Shown in pieces: positions 33,731 through 42,452 of a stretch of 45,838 nt of DNA. The translations under genes and the position numbers were made by a program. This DNA is from Chloroflexota bacterium (lineage in GTDB: Bacteria; Chloroflexota; DTOL01; JACQYG01): assembly GCA_040754915.1 (NCBI GenBank), contig JBFMCB010000002.1:1-45838 (forward strand). The letters run 5' to 3'. Numbering within the stretch: the stretch's first letter is position 1; each line of letters begins with the position of its first letter. The notes under the pieces are model-generated. The model did no database searches. It was not told where the DNA came from and saw nothing but the letters and a program-made list of their open reading frames with translations.

Positions 33731-35149
33731 TCATGCCTTCGGCAGGCGGAAAGTAAAGGTGGCGCCCTGCCCCTCCTGGCTCTCCGCCCAGATCTCTCCG
33801 CCCTGGGCGTGCACCAGCTCCCGGACGATGGCCAGCCCCAACCCCACCCCCGGCCGTTCCCGGAGCCTCCGGCCCGCTCCCTGGTAGAATCTCTGGAAGA
33901 CCCGAGGCAGGTCCTGGGCAGCGATGCCCACGCCAGTGTCCGCCACCGCTATGCACACATCATGGCCGGCCTCTTCTGCAGTGACGACAACCTGCCCGCC
34001 GGCAGGGGTGAATTTCAAGGCGTTGTCCATAAGGTTGGCCAGGATCTGCATCAGCCGATCGGCGTCTGCACGTACTAGAGGGATACACCTGGGCACCTGG
34101 GCGGTGAGGCTGATGCTGCGCCCCTGAGCCTCAGCCTGATATCTGGATATGGCTCGGGCGACCACCTCTTCCACCGACACCGCAGACAGGTGAAACTCCG
34201 GCGGCCCGGCCTCCAGCCGGGAAAGCTGCACCAGATCACCGGTGAGCCTCCCCAGCCTGGCCAATTCCTCATCGAGGCCCTGTAGGAGCCGGTTCAGCAT
34301 CCGCGGATCGTCTTTGGCCCCGCGCCGGAGCGTCTCCACGCCGGCGCGCATGGCCCCCACGGGACTCCGCAGCTCGTGAGATAAGTCGGCCAGGAAGCTA
34401 CGCCGGCCCATCTCCAACTCGTCCAGGCGCCGGGCCATCCGGTTAAAGCTGTCACCAAGCTGTTCCAGCTCATCGCCGGTCTTCACCTTCACCTGCTGGG
34501 AGAAGTCTCCCTGGGCCACCGCGTGGGCGGCGAAGCTCAAGGCCTCCACGGGACGGGTGATATTGCCGGCTAGGTGCCAGGCGATGATCACCGCCAGGAC
34601 GCCGACCACCAACACGCTGGAGGCGATGGTCAGTCGAAGCTGGCGCACCGCGGTTTCCACCTCCACCAGGGCGTGGGACAGCCTGATGACGCCCACCACC
34701 TCCCCTTGATGGCGAACCGGCAGGGTCACGTAGAAAGAGTCAGCCTTGAGGACGCCGCTCTCCTGCCTTCCCCGGGTGGCCCTGCCGCGCAGGGCCTCGA
34801 CCACTCCAGGTTCGCTATCCGGCTGGCCGATCCGCCCCCTGTCCCCCTCCCGGGAGGAGGACAGGAGTGTCCCCGTGCGGTCCAGAACCAGTATCCGGGC
34901 CTGGGGCATCATCGGGGTGTCGGGGCTAGCATGGGGGCCCTGAAGGACGATCTCGGTGCGGCCTACCGCCAGGTCGTCTCGCACCCGTTCGGCAATGGCG
35001 ATTCCCTCGGAGGCCAGGTCATCCTGTAAGTGCCTGAGATAGAACTCCTCCAGAGCATACACCAGGTAAAAGCCCAGGGTGGAGAGGGCCAGGGATATGG
35101 GGATGATGTAACTGAGGATAAGTTTCCAGCGCAGCCGTTTAGGCGCCAT
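33731..35149 (-). CDS. Sensor histidine kinase (2 TM, HAMP, HisKA, HATPase_c)
   Basis: Has an H-box (LADLSHELRSP), an N-box (ILANLMDNALKF) and G-boxes (DTGVGI, GVGLGLAI). Confidence 0.9.
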   Translation of the reverse strand: MAPKRLRWKLILSYIIPISLALSTLGFYLVYALEEFYLRHLQDDLASEGIAIAERVRDDLAVGRTEIVLQGPHASPDTPMMPQARILVLDRTGTLLSSSREGDRGRIGQPDSEPGVVEALRGRATRGRQESGVLKADSFYVTLPVRHQGEVVGVIRLSHALVEVETAVRQLRLTIASSVLVVGVLAVIIAWHLAGNITRPVEALSFAAHAVAQGDFSQQVKVKTGDELEQLGDSFNRMARRLDELEMGRRSFLADLSHELRSPVGAMRAGVETLRRGAKDDPRMLNRLLQGLDEELARLGRLTGDLVQLSRLEAGPPEFHLSAVSVEEVVARAISRYQAEAQGRSISLTAQVPRCIPLVRADADRLMQILANLMDNALKFTPAGGQVVVTAEEAGHDVCIAVADTGVGIAAQDLPRVFQRFYQGAGRRLRERPGVGLGLAIVRELVHAQGGEIWAESQEGQGATFTFRLPKA

Positions 35150-35843
35150 CTTTTACCGAGGCAAATCTATAACCGACGCCGCGGACAGTGAGGATGTATT
35201 GCGGCTGGTGGGGGTCTGGTTCGATCTTCTGGCGCAGCCAACGGATGTGCACGTCCAGTGTCTTTGGGTCACCGAAGAAATCCTCGCCCCAGACAGCATC
35301 CAGAAGGGCCTGGCGGTCCACCACGCGCCCGGCGTTGGCCGCCAGGAGTCGCAAAAGCCCGTATCCCTTGGGCGGCAGCGCCACCGGCTTACCTCCAATG
35401 GCCACCTGATGGGCGCATTGGTCGATGGTGATGTCTCCAGCCCGGATCACCTCCGCCGTGGGCAGACCGGCGGCCGGGGCCCTGGCCCGCCGCAACACCG
35501 CCCGCACTCGCGCCAATAGCTCCCCCATGCTGAAGGGCTTGCTGACGTAGTCGTCGGCGCCGATCTCCAGCCCCACGATCCTATCGGTCTCCTCGCCCCT
35601 GGCCGTCAGGAAGATCACCGGCGTCTTGGATTGGGCCTGAACCACCCGGCATACCTCCAGGCCATCCACGCCGGGCAGGCCGATATCAATGATCATCAAC
35701 TCTGGCTTCTCGCGGCGGGCTCTCTCCACACCCTCCTCACCGCTGGCAGCGGAGAGCACGGTGTAGCCCTGTTTCCGCAGATTATAGGTCAGCGAATCCC
35801 GGAGTAGCTGGTTGTCTTCTACGATCAGGATGGTACCGCGCAT
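35139..35843 (-). CDS. OmpR/PhoB-family response regulator
   Basis: Has a receiver domain (LMIIDIGLPGVDG) and a winged-helix C-terminus (TLDVHIRWLRQKIE...ILTVRGVGYRF). Confidence 0.9.
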   Translation of the reverse strand: MRGTILIVEDNQLLRDSLTYNLRKQGYTVLSAASGEEGVERARREKPELMIIDIGLPGVDGLEVCRVVQAQSKTPVIFLTARGEETDRIVGLEIGADDYVSKPFSMGELLARVRAVLRRARAPAAGLPTAEVIRAGDITIDQCAHQVAIGGKPVALPPKGYGLLRLLAANAGRVVDRQALLDAVWGEDFFGDPKTLDVHIRWLRQKIEPDPHQPQYILTVRGVGYRFASVKDGA

Positions 35844-35921
35844 GCGAACCCTCGAAGATGGTCATATCCTGCCGGTAGCCAGCTCTAGCATAGCCTGAAA
35901 ACGAGCGGTTGCCGTTCTTGC

Positions 35922-36779
35922 TCAGAGAGATTGGTAGCGATCGTGAGTTTCTGACCCCAGGAACGTTTCTGGCTGGCTAGCGAACTCACCCCGGCATCCC
36001 TTCGAGCAAAAGTAGTACGTCTGCCCGTTGATCTCCAGCGTCGCCGCCGCCTTCTCTCGCTCCACCGCCATGCCGCATACCGGATCGGTCGCCATCGTCA
36101 CCATCTCCTTGAACCGTCCATCTTCCAGCCAAAGCACCCGGTCGACGATGTCTTTAATCCGCTGGTCGTGGCTAACGATTACCACGCTCCGACCCTGCTC
36201 CTTGGCGATCTGCCGCAACAGCCGCATGATCTCGTGCCCGATCTTCGAATCCAGGTTGGCCGTCGGCTTGTCGGCCAGGATGAGGGCAGAGTCGTTCGCC
36301 AGGGCGCGAGCGATCGCCACCCGTTGCTTTTCGCCGCCGGACAATTTTTCTGGCAGAAAGTTCAGTCGCTCCCCCAGTCCCAGGTCGGTGAGCAGAGCCG
36401 CCGCCTTCTGTTGCGCTGCACCGTGTTTCATGCCAGCCAGCTCTGCGACGATGGCCACGTTCTCCAGCACCGTGAGGGCCGGGAGCAGATTGAAATCCTG
36501 GAAGATGAATCCGAACTGGCGCAGGCGAATGTCGGGCAGGCGGTTTTCCGCCAACGCGCTGATGATTTCGTCATTGAGTTGAATCGTTCCCTCCGTCGGC
36601 TTGAGCAGCGCACCCATCATCGAGAGGAGGGTGGTCTTCCCAGAGCCCGATGGCCCCATGATCAGCACGATCTCGCCCGGCTCAACCGTGAGCGAGACGT
36701 CACGGACGGCTATCACCTCCGTAGCGCCGGAGCCATAGTGTTTAGTCACGTGCGTGATTTGCAATGTTGGGCTGGTCAT
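35922..36779 (-). CDS. MacB/LolD-type ABC ATPase fused to a C-terminal YHS (TRASH-like) metal-binding domain; Walker B Glu replaced by Lys
   Basis: Has Walker A (GPSGSGKTT), signature (LSGGEKQRVAIARAL) and Walker B LILADKPT (codons GAC AAG CCG). The C-terminal segment is DPVCGMAV...GQTYYFCSKGC. Confidence 0.85.
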   Translation of the reverse strand: MTSPTLQITHVTKHYGSGATEVIAVRDVSLTVEPGEIVLIMGPSGSGKTTLLSMMGALLKPTEGTIQLNDEIISALAENRLPDIRLRQFGFIFQDFNLLPALTVLENVAIVAELAGMKHGAAQQKAAALLTDLGLGERLNFLPEKLSGGEKQRVAIARALANDSALILADKPTANLDSKIGHEIMRLLRQIAKEQGRSVVIVSHDQRIKDIVDRVLWLEDGRFKEMVTMATDPVCGMAVEREKAAATLEINGQTYYFCSKGCRGEFASQPETFLGSETHDRYQSL

Positions 36780-37894
36780 TTCACTCCTCTCTGAAATACC
36801 ACGGCCGGGTCAAGCCCGGCGACTTGTTTGATCGGCAGAATCGCCGAGAGCCCGGCGATGACGAGTGACAGGCTGCCAACTTTGAGCAGCGAAGCGCCGC
36901 TGACTTGCAGAGCCAGGTTGAGTCCCAGCCTGGGCACGATCACCGATAGCAGCAGCGTGAAGGCCAACCCCAGGGCGAACCCCAGAGCAGCGCTGTAAAG
37001 CGCTTGCGCCAGGACTACGCGGTACAGACGCCCATTGCGTGCGCCGAGGGCTTTGAGTACGCCATACTCCGCCCGCCGGGCGAATGTGGCGGTGTACACG
37101 GTGAGGGCTATCACCGCCAGCCCGATTAGAAAGCCCACCAGGTTCATGATGGCCACCACGTCGGTGCTCATGTCTTTGATGACCTTGCGCTCCTGTTCAC
37201 TGAATACCAGCCGTGACTGAGCGGTCACTCCTTCAACCTTTGCTTCAATCCGTGCCGCGATTGTCTCTGGCGATTCACCTGGCCTGACCTTCACCAGCAA
37301 AAAACTCACCGCCTGAGCGTTCCCGCGCATCCGTGCGAAGTCCTCCATCGAGATGAATGCCACCGAGTTGACCAGGCTGGCGGTGCCCTCAGACAGGCCA
37401 GCGATTTTGAATTCCTGTCCCAGGATTTTGACCTTGTCCCCTATCTCCATGCCTGACTTTTCCGCTATCCCGCGATCGATAACCGCCTCCCCGGCCGCCG
37501 GGATCGAGACCCCTCTAGCGACGCGCCATGGCCCTCCCACCACGGCTTCCGGCGGCAGGCCAATTACGTAAGCCAGGTTGCGCTCCTGGCCCACGACGAT
37601 CATGTTCGTCAGATACAGTATGGGCGTGACCGATTCGACCCCCGGCACAGCTTTCACCTCGTCCACTGCGGATGCAGAGAGCGAGGAGGAGGCCATGTGC
37701 ATGTTCCGCACCCCCGATTGCGAGACGAAGATATCCGCGCCAGAATGATCGATATAGGCCGTGACCTGCCGTTCTACCCCTACAAAGATCGCGTCCAGTG
37801 AAAGGATTAATAGTAGCGCCAGGGCCACCCCGCCCGCCGAAATCACAAGCCGGACTTTGTTTTGAAAAAGATTGCGATAGGCTAAGCGCAGCAT
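36776..37894 (-). CDS. FtsX/MacB-like ABC permease
   Basis: Starts N-terminally with YRNLFQNKVRL plus a TM segment, followed by a large extracytoplasmic domain and a C-terminal three-TM FtsX bundle (YGVLKALGARN). Confidence 0.8.
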   Translation of the reverse strand: MLRLAYRNLFQNKVRLVISAGGVALALLLILSLDAIFVGVERQVTAYIDHSGADIFVSQSGVRNMHMASSSLSASAVDEVKAVPGVESVTPILYLTNMIVVGQERNLAYVIGLPPEAVVGGPWRVARGVSIPAAGEAVIDRGIAEKSGMEIGDKVKILGQEFKIAGLSEGTASLVNSVAFISMEDFARMRGNAQAVSFLLVKVRPGESPETIAARIEAKVEGVTAQSRLVFSEQERKVIKDMSTDVVAIMNLVGFLIGLAVIALTVYTATFARRAEYGVLKALGARNGRLYRVVLAQALYSAALGFALGLAFTLLLSVIVPRLGLNLALQVSGASLLKVGSLSLVIAGLSAILPIKQVAGLDPAVVFQRGVK

Positions 37895-37900
37895 GTTGCC

Positions 37901-39001
37901 CTACCTCCGGAAGACATCTGCCGGGACAAGCCCGGCGATGACGCGAGCCGGGAAGAACGCCGCCAGCAACGCCATGGCCAATCCGATAGCGAGGGCCCAG
38001 GCTACCGCCGTGGGCTCAAACGCCACCAGAAACTGCGGGCGCAGGGTCATGATCAGTCGGGCCGCGCTGAGGGCAAGCCCTACCCCAGCTATGGAACCTG
38101 TGCTGGTGACGATGAGTGCCTGAGTCGTTACCACTCTATAGAGCACCCCGTTCCTGGCACCAATGGCCTTGAGCACGCCATACTCGCGCTGCCGTTCCAC
38201 GGTGGCCGTGTAGATCACCAATCCCACCACCAGCGTCCCCACGAGAAAGGCAATCCCAACCATCAGCCGGATCGGCGCGCTAAAGTAACGGGCGAAGAGC
38301 TTTTGGTCATTGGTGATCATTTCGTGCTTGAGCAAGGCCTCGCTGCCCGGCAAATCGTCCAGGCGACTCCGCAACTCTTCGAGCGCAATCCCGTCGGACG
38401 GAGACACCAATAGAAAACTCGTCGCCCCCGGCGCACGCAGGAGCGACTCGGCGGCGGTTTTGCGGATGAACAAGAAACTTGTCATCCACGAGGTCGTTCC
38501 CGCCGAGAGCCCAACCACAGTGAACTCCCGCCCCATGATGTCGAATCTATCGCCGAGGGTCATGCCATGCCGCCGGGCCAGCACGCTGTCGAAGACCACC
38601 TCCTCGTCCGCCTTAGGTTCGCGCCCTTCGGCGAGGCGCCATGGGCCGCCGCCGATCGCCGGGTCATACCCCACCAGGTAGGCCGGTTGTTTCTTCCCGT
38701 GAAGGTCGAGGATGATGAACTGGGAGAGGATAGGCACTATCTCTGAGACTCCCTTCACCTTGCGGGCGGAGTCAGCGGTGCCAGCGGCTAGAAGCGAGGT
38801 GGCGCCGAGGAGATTGCTCACCCCCTCCTGGGCCACCACAACCGACCCGGGCGCGTGGTCGAGGTAGGCCGAGAATTGCTGGTACATCCCACTGAGGAAG
38901 CCGTTCAAGAGCAAGATGAGCATCACGGCCAGCGCCACCCCACCCACGCTCAGGGCAAGGCGCGTCTTGTCTTGAAAGAGATTGCGGCGGGCCAGATTCA
39001 T
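37901..39001 (-). CDS. FtsX/MacB-like ABC permease (paralog)
   Basis: Same architecture as the neighbouring permease (RRNLFQDKTRL, YGVLKAIGARN). Confidence 0.8.
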   Translation of the reverse strand: MNLARRNLFQDKTRLALSVGGVALAVMLILLLNGFLSGMYQQFSAYLDHAPGSVVVAQEGVSNLLGATSLLAAGTADSARKVKGVSEIVPILSQFIILDLHGKKQPAYLVGYDPAIGGGPWRLAEGREPKADEEVVFDSVLARRHGMTLGDRFDIMGREFTVVGLSAGTTSWMTSFLFIRKTAAESLLRAPGATSFLLVSPSDGIALEELRSRLDDLPGSEALLKHEMITNDQKLFARYFSAPIRLMVGIAFLVGTLVVGLVIYTATVERQREYGVLKAIGARNGVLYRVVTTQALIVTSTGSIAGVGLALSAARLIMTLRPQFLVAFEPTAVAWALAIGLAMALLAAFFPARVIAGLVPADVFRR

Positions 39002-39075
39002 GTTACGTACCCCAGGTTTCAGATTAAAGTGGCGGATATCTGTCCTGTTATGCGAGAGCAGTGTACACCATCCAG

Positions 39076-39102
39076 GTTAAAGGCAGATTAGCGGCAGTTT
39101 AA
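39076..39102 (-). promoter_or_regulatory. Second set of 11-bp-phased direct repeats (TTAAA-N6-CTAAT-N6-TTAAC on the minus strand)
   Basis: Plus strand reads GTTAA-aggcag-ATTAG-cggcag-TTTAA, 75 to 101 nt upstream of the ABC permease ATG. Orientation and distance match the 33676 set. An inverted copy of ATTAGCGGCAG lies at 39138..39148. Confidence 0.4.
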
Positions 39103-39399
39103 TGTTTGGTGAAACTTCCTTATCACCGATCGTCACGCTGCCGCTAATGTCTTAGGTGTATGATCAGCTTCTGGGTGGACGACGGCTAAAGGCCCCGCCA
39201 GGCAGCAGATTACTCTTGTGCCTGCTTGAGGGCCCCGATTTCGTCCCGCAGGCCCACCAGCCCTCGGACGATGTTCCAGGTGCAGCCAAAAGAGCACCAG
39301 CCAGATCAGGCCACAAGCAACAAAAGGTGCGGACAACAGCAACGATTGGGCTGATGGCCGACGGCCCAGAGCACGCTAGGGGTAAAATGACTTCTCTCC

Positions 39400-39718
39400 G
39401 GGGCAAACAGGGGAGACGACCAGCGGCACGAATTCCGCAAACTGGCGCGGGCGCTCGGCGATGACTATCCCCATTGCCTGGGGCGAACGCCAACCGATGC
39501 TGCCCGGCTCGCCGTTAAGAGACCGCGCAGGTGGCGCAGCATATTGCGTACGAATTCGACGTCGGTTTCGACTACATGCGCCGCAGTCAGGCCAGCAGAT
39601 CGTCGGCGACGTAGGTCAAGGAGAGGAGACGGCTTGAGACGTGCTCATCACCGGCAACCGAGCAAGAGACGGCGGCGTAATCGCCTTGCGCCAGCCAGGT
39701 TTGTAACACGTCCTTCAT
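39400..39718 (-). pseudogene. Possible frameshifted gene remnant
   Basis: A 43-codon minus-strand ORF starts at the ATG at 39718 (MKDVLQTWLAQGDYAAVSCSVAGDEHVSSRLLSLTYVADDLLA) and then stops. Protein-like stretches continue in the other two minus frames (HVVETDVEFVRNMLRHLRGLL; GIVIAERPRQFAEFVPLVV). No intact ORF of convincing composition exists across 39002..39772. Confidence 0.3.
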
Positions 39719-39772
39719 CCATCACCCTGGGTCAGAGTAGCCATGGGGCGGCCTCTTGGGCATGATAGGTGA

Positions 39773-41461
39773 TTAGGTCGGCGCCGGCACGCTTGACGTT
39801 GGGCCTTCTGCTGCCTTCTCAAGCCCTCTTGAGCCATCTTTCTGATAATAGTCTACCAGCGCCGCTACCAACCCTTTTACCGTGTGCTCCTTCGCCACTA
39901 CGTCCACCCGTAGGCCCAGGTCGCGGGCCGTTTGCGCGGTAACAGGGCCAATACAGGCAACAATAGGTGCTTTGGACTTTGGACTTTGGACTTTGGACTC
40001 GAAGAATCCGCGTACCGTAGACGGACTGGTGAAGACGATGGCGTCTATCTGGCCATCCTGTAGCATGGCGCGGATATCGTTGGACGTTGGGTCAGAGGCG
40101 ATTGCCGTGCGATAGGCGACCACCTCGTCCACAAAGGCTCCCTTTTGACGCAGACCCTGGGCCAGGGCCTCCTGGGCGATGTCGGCGCGGGGGAGGAGGA
40201 TACGCTGGCCAGTTGCGTCACCAATGCCTGCGACGGCGGCCTCGGCTATGTGCCTGGCGAGGACAAAATCGGCGTGGAGGCCGTGGGCGGCCAACTCGGC
40301 CGCCGTGGCCAGGCCAATAGCGCAGAGGCGCACGCCGGCAAAGGCGCGGGCGTCCCGTCCTGCCGCTTGCAGTCGATCCCAGACGGCTTTGACCCCGTTG
40401 GCACTGGTGAAGATGACCCAATCGTGAGGGAGAGCCAGGGCCTCATCCAGCGGCGTATTGTCCTCCGTTGGCAAGATCTGGATGACCGGGAAGTCGATGG
40501 GCTCTGCCCCCTGTTCCGCCAGCAGGCAAGAAAGCTCGCTCCTCTGCTCCCGGAAGCGGGTGACTAGGATACGCTTGCCGAAGAGCGGGCGATCCTCGAA
40601 CCACTTCAGCCTTTCTCGCAGCGACACCACTTGGCCCACCACCAGCACGGCCGGTGGATATAATTCCCGGCCCCGCTCCACGATGTCGCCCAAAGTGCCC
40701 ACCACCGTCTCCTGCTGTGGCGTAGTCCCCCAACGCACCAGGGCCACTGGCGTCTCCAGCGAGTATCCTTCTTCCAGCAAAGAGGCCACGATGCTGCCCA
40801 GGTTCTCCACGCCCATCAGGACAATCAGAGTTTCACGTTCCACATTCCACGGTCCACGTTCGCTACCCAGCGTGTCGGCAGATGCCTGACGGCTCTCGGC
40901 GGCCGTCTCCGCGTCCCCGTGTCCCCGTGTTTCCAATTCCGCCCGATGCCCTGAGAAGACAGCAAATGACCGCGCTACACCCCGATGCGTCACCGGGATG
41001 CCGGCATAGGCAGGAGCGGCAATGGCGCTGGTAACACCGGGCACCACCTCGAAGGGGATGCCGGCCTCGGCCAGGGCCAGGGCCTCTTCGCCGCCGCGGC
41101 CAAAAACGAAGGGGTCGCCGCCCTTCAGTCGCACCACAGTCTTGCCCTGCCGGGCCTTCTCCACCAGCAGGCGATTGGTCTCCTTCTGGGATCGGATATG
41201 ATCGCTGCTGGCCTTGCCCACGTAGATGCGTTCGGCCTGAAATGGGGCATAGTCCAGCAGGTGCGGGCTGACCAGACGGTCATAGATGATCACGTCGGCG
41301 CGGCGCAAGCACTCCACACCTTTCACAGTGATGAGACCCGGGTCGCCAGGCCCCGCGCCGACGATATAGACGATGCCTGAAATCAATGCTGTTTCTCCTC
41401 CAGCAACCGTCTCGCCGGCCTCTCCCCCGCTACTCCGGCCTGGCCCACATGCCTTCGCCAT
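39773..41461 (-). CDS. cobA: Fused uroporphyrinogen-III C-methyltransferase / uroporphyrinogen-III synthase (CobA-HemD)
   Basis: The N-terminal part matches the methyltransferase (VYIVGAGPGDPGLITVKG, LKGGDPFVFGRGGEE). The C-terminal about 250 aa are HemD-like. An alternative TTG start at 41386 follows a GGAGGAG SD. Confidence 0.85.
   Translation of the reverse strand: MAKACGPGRSSGGEAGETVAGGETALISGIVYIVGAGPGDPGLITVKGVECLRRADVIIYDRLVSPHLLDYAPFQAERIYVGKASSDHIRSQKETNRLLVEKARQGKTVVRLKGGDPFVFGRGGEEALALAEAGIPFEVVPGVTSAIAAPAYAGIPVTHRGVARSFAVFSGHRAELETRGHGDAETAAESRQASADTLGSERGPWNVERETLIVLMGVENLGSIVASLLEEGYSLETPVALVRWGTTPQQETVVGTLGDIVERGRELYPPAVLVVGQVVSLRERLKWFEDRPLFGKRILVTRFREQRSELSCLLAEQGAEPIDFPVIQILPTEDNTPLDEALALPHDWVIFTSANGVKAVWDRLQAAGRDARAFAGVRLCAIGLATAAELAAHGLHADFVLARHIAEAAVAGIGDATGQRILLPRADIAQEALAQGLRQKGAFVDEVVAYRTAIASDPTSNDIRAMLQDGQIDAIVFTSPSTVRGFFESKVQSPKSKAPIVACIGPVTAQTARDLGLRVDVVAKEHTVKGLVAALVDYYQKDGSRGLEKAAEGPTSSVPAPT
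39971..39998. repeat. Four perfect tandem copies of the heptamer TTTGGAC inside the HemD-like coding region
   Basis: The DNA reads tttggac tttggac tttggac tttggac directly. The minus strand encodes S-K-V-Q-S-P-K-S-K. Confidence 0.9.
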
Positions 41462-41507
41462 GGGCTGTTTTCTCCGCGTTCTTTGCGCGTTTTACGGTGA
41501 GAAATAC

Positions 41508-42146
41508 CTACCCTTCCGCCGCTCGACGCAGGATCGCTTCCGCCTCCTGCCGTGCTGCCGCCTCCTGTCCTTCGCGCAGGAGAGGCAGCAAGGCGTCCAC
41601 CATCTCCTGCCACAGCGCCTTCCGCCGGTTGGCCTGGGGAACGTGGGCCTGCATCCAGGGCCGGTACGCGGCCAGGAGCGCTGCCAATCGCCCGTACTCC
41701 GGGCCCACGGCCGCCGCGATGTCTTTTCGCAGCCGCGCTGCCAGGGCCGGGCTGGCCCCTTCGGTACTGATGGCGATGCTCACCAGCCCCCGGCGCACCA
41801 CGGCTGGGACATGGAAGGTGCAATGGGCCGGGTTGTCCACCGAGTTTATAAGGACATTATGCTCCTGGGCCTCCTGGTACACAGCCTGGTTCACCTGGGG
41901 ATCGTCCGTACAGGCGATGGCCAGGCGCGCTCCGGCCAAGTCGCCGGGCTGGTAGGCGCGGCGCAGGACCGTGATCCGCCCTCGGGCGGCCAGCCCCTCC
42001 AGGCCAGGCGACAGTTGCGGGCTGATCACTATGACCCTGGCGCCGGCCGCCAGCAGTCCCTCCACCCTGCGAGCAGCTACCTCGCCGCCGCCGATGACCA
42101 GAACGCCATTCTTCAGGTTAGCCAACACTACGGGATAGTTGCTCAT
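41508..42146 (-). CDS. Precorrin-2 dehydrogenase / sirohydrochlorin ferrochelatase (SirC/Met8-like)
   Basis: Has an N-terminal Rossmann segment (VLVIGGGEVAARRVEGLLAAGARV). The 212 aa protein lies adjacent to cobA-hemD. Confidence 0.8.
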   Translation of the reverse strand: MSNYPVVLANLKNGVLVIGGGEVAARRVEGLLAAGARVIVISPQLSPGLEGLAARGRITVLRRAYQPGDLAGARLAIACTDDPQVNQAVYQEAQEHNVLINSVDNPAHCTFHVPAVVRRGLVSIAISTEGASPALAARLRKDIAAAVGPEYGRLAALLAAYRPWMQAHVPQANRRKALWQEMVDALLPLLREGQEAAARQEAEAILRRAAEG

Positions 42147-42215
42147 GGCCTTTGATTTTAATTAACCATTGATGCTAGTATTGAGATGGGGACACGCTCG
42201 CCTCCTTGATCCTCC

Positions 42216-42452
42216 TCAGCAAATCGGTTGGGCCTTCTCGACGATGAGTCTGTAGAAGCCACTAACCCGCTCCAGCTTGAGGACCTTGTGTCCCTCGTCT
42301 TTAACGCTCCTTGTCAAATCGCGCACCGGCTCCCCCTCGTCCAGCCAGACCTCTAGCCACTCCCCGCCCCGCAACTCCTCCAGCTTCAGCTTAGTGCGCA
42401 CAAAGTTCAGGGGGCAGACCTCTCCCCGCAAGTCAAGGAGATGGTTGCTCAT
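42216..42452 (-). CDS. TusA/SirA-like sulfur-transfer protein
   Basis: 78 aa containing LDLRGEVCPLNFVRTKLKLEEL (Cys-Pro motif, with the second Pro replaced by Asn). It has an AAGGAGG SD and its start overlaps the upstream gene by 20 nt. Confidence 0.75.
   Translation of the reverse strand: MSNHLLDLRGEVCPLNFVRTKLKLEELRGGEWLEVWLDEGEPVRDLTRSVKDEGHKVLKLERVSGFYRLIVEKAQPIC

Noticed and set aside
39971-39998. Tandem repeats as a CRISPR array or minisatellite locus
   Set aside because: There are only four 7 nt units with no spacers, lying inside a coding region. No CRISPR-like repeat-spacer structure or cas genes occur anywhere in the window.
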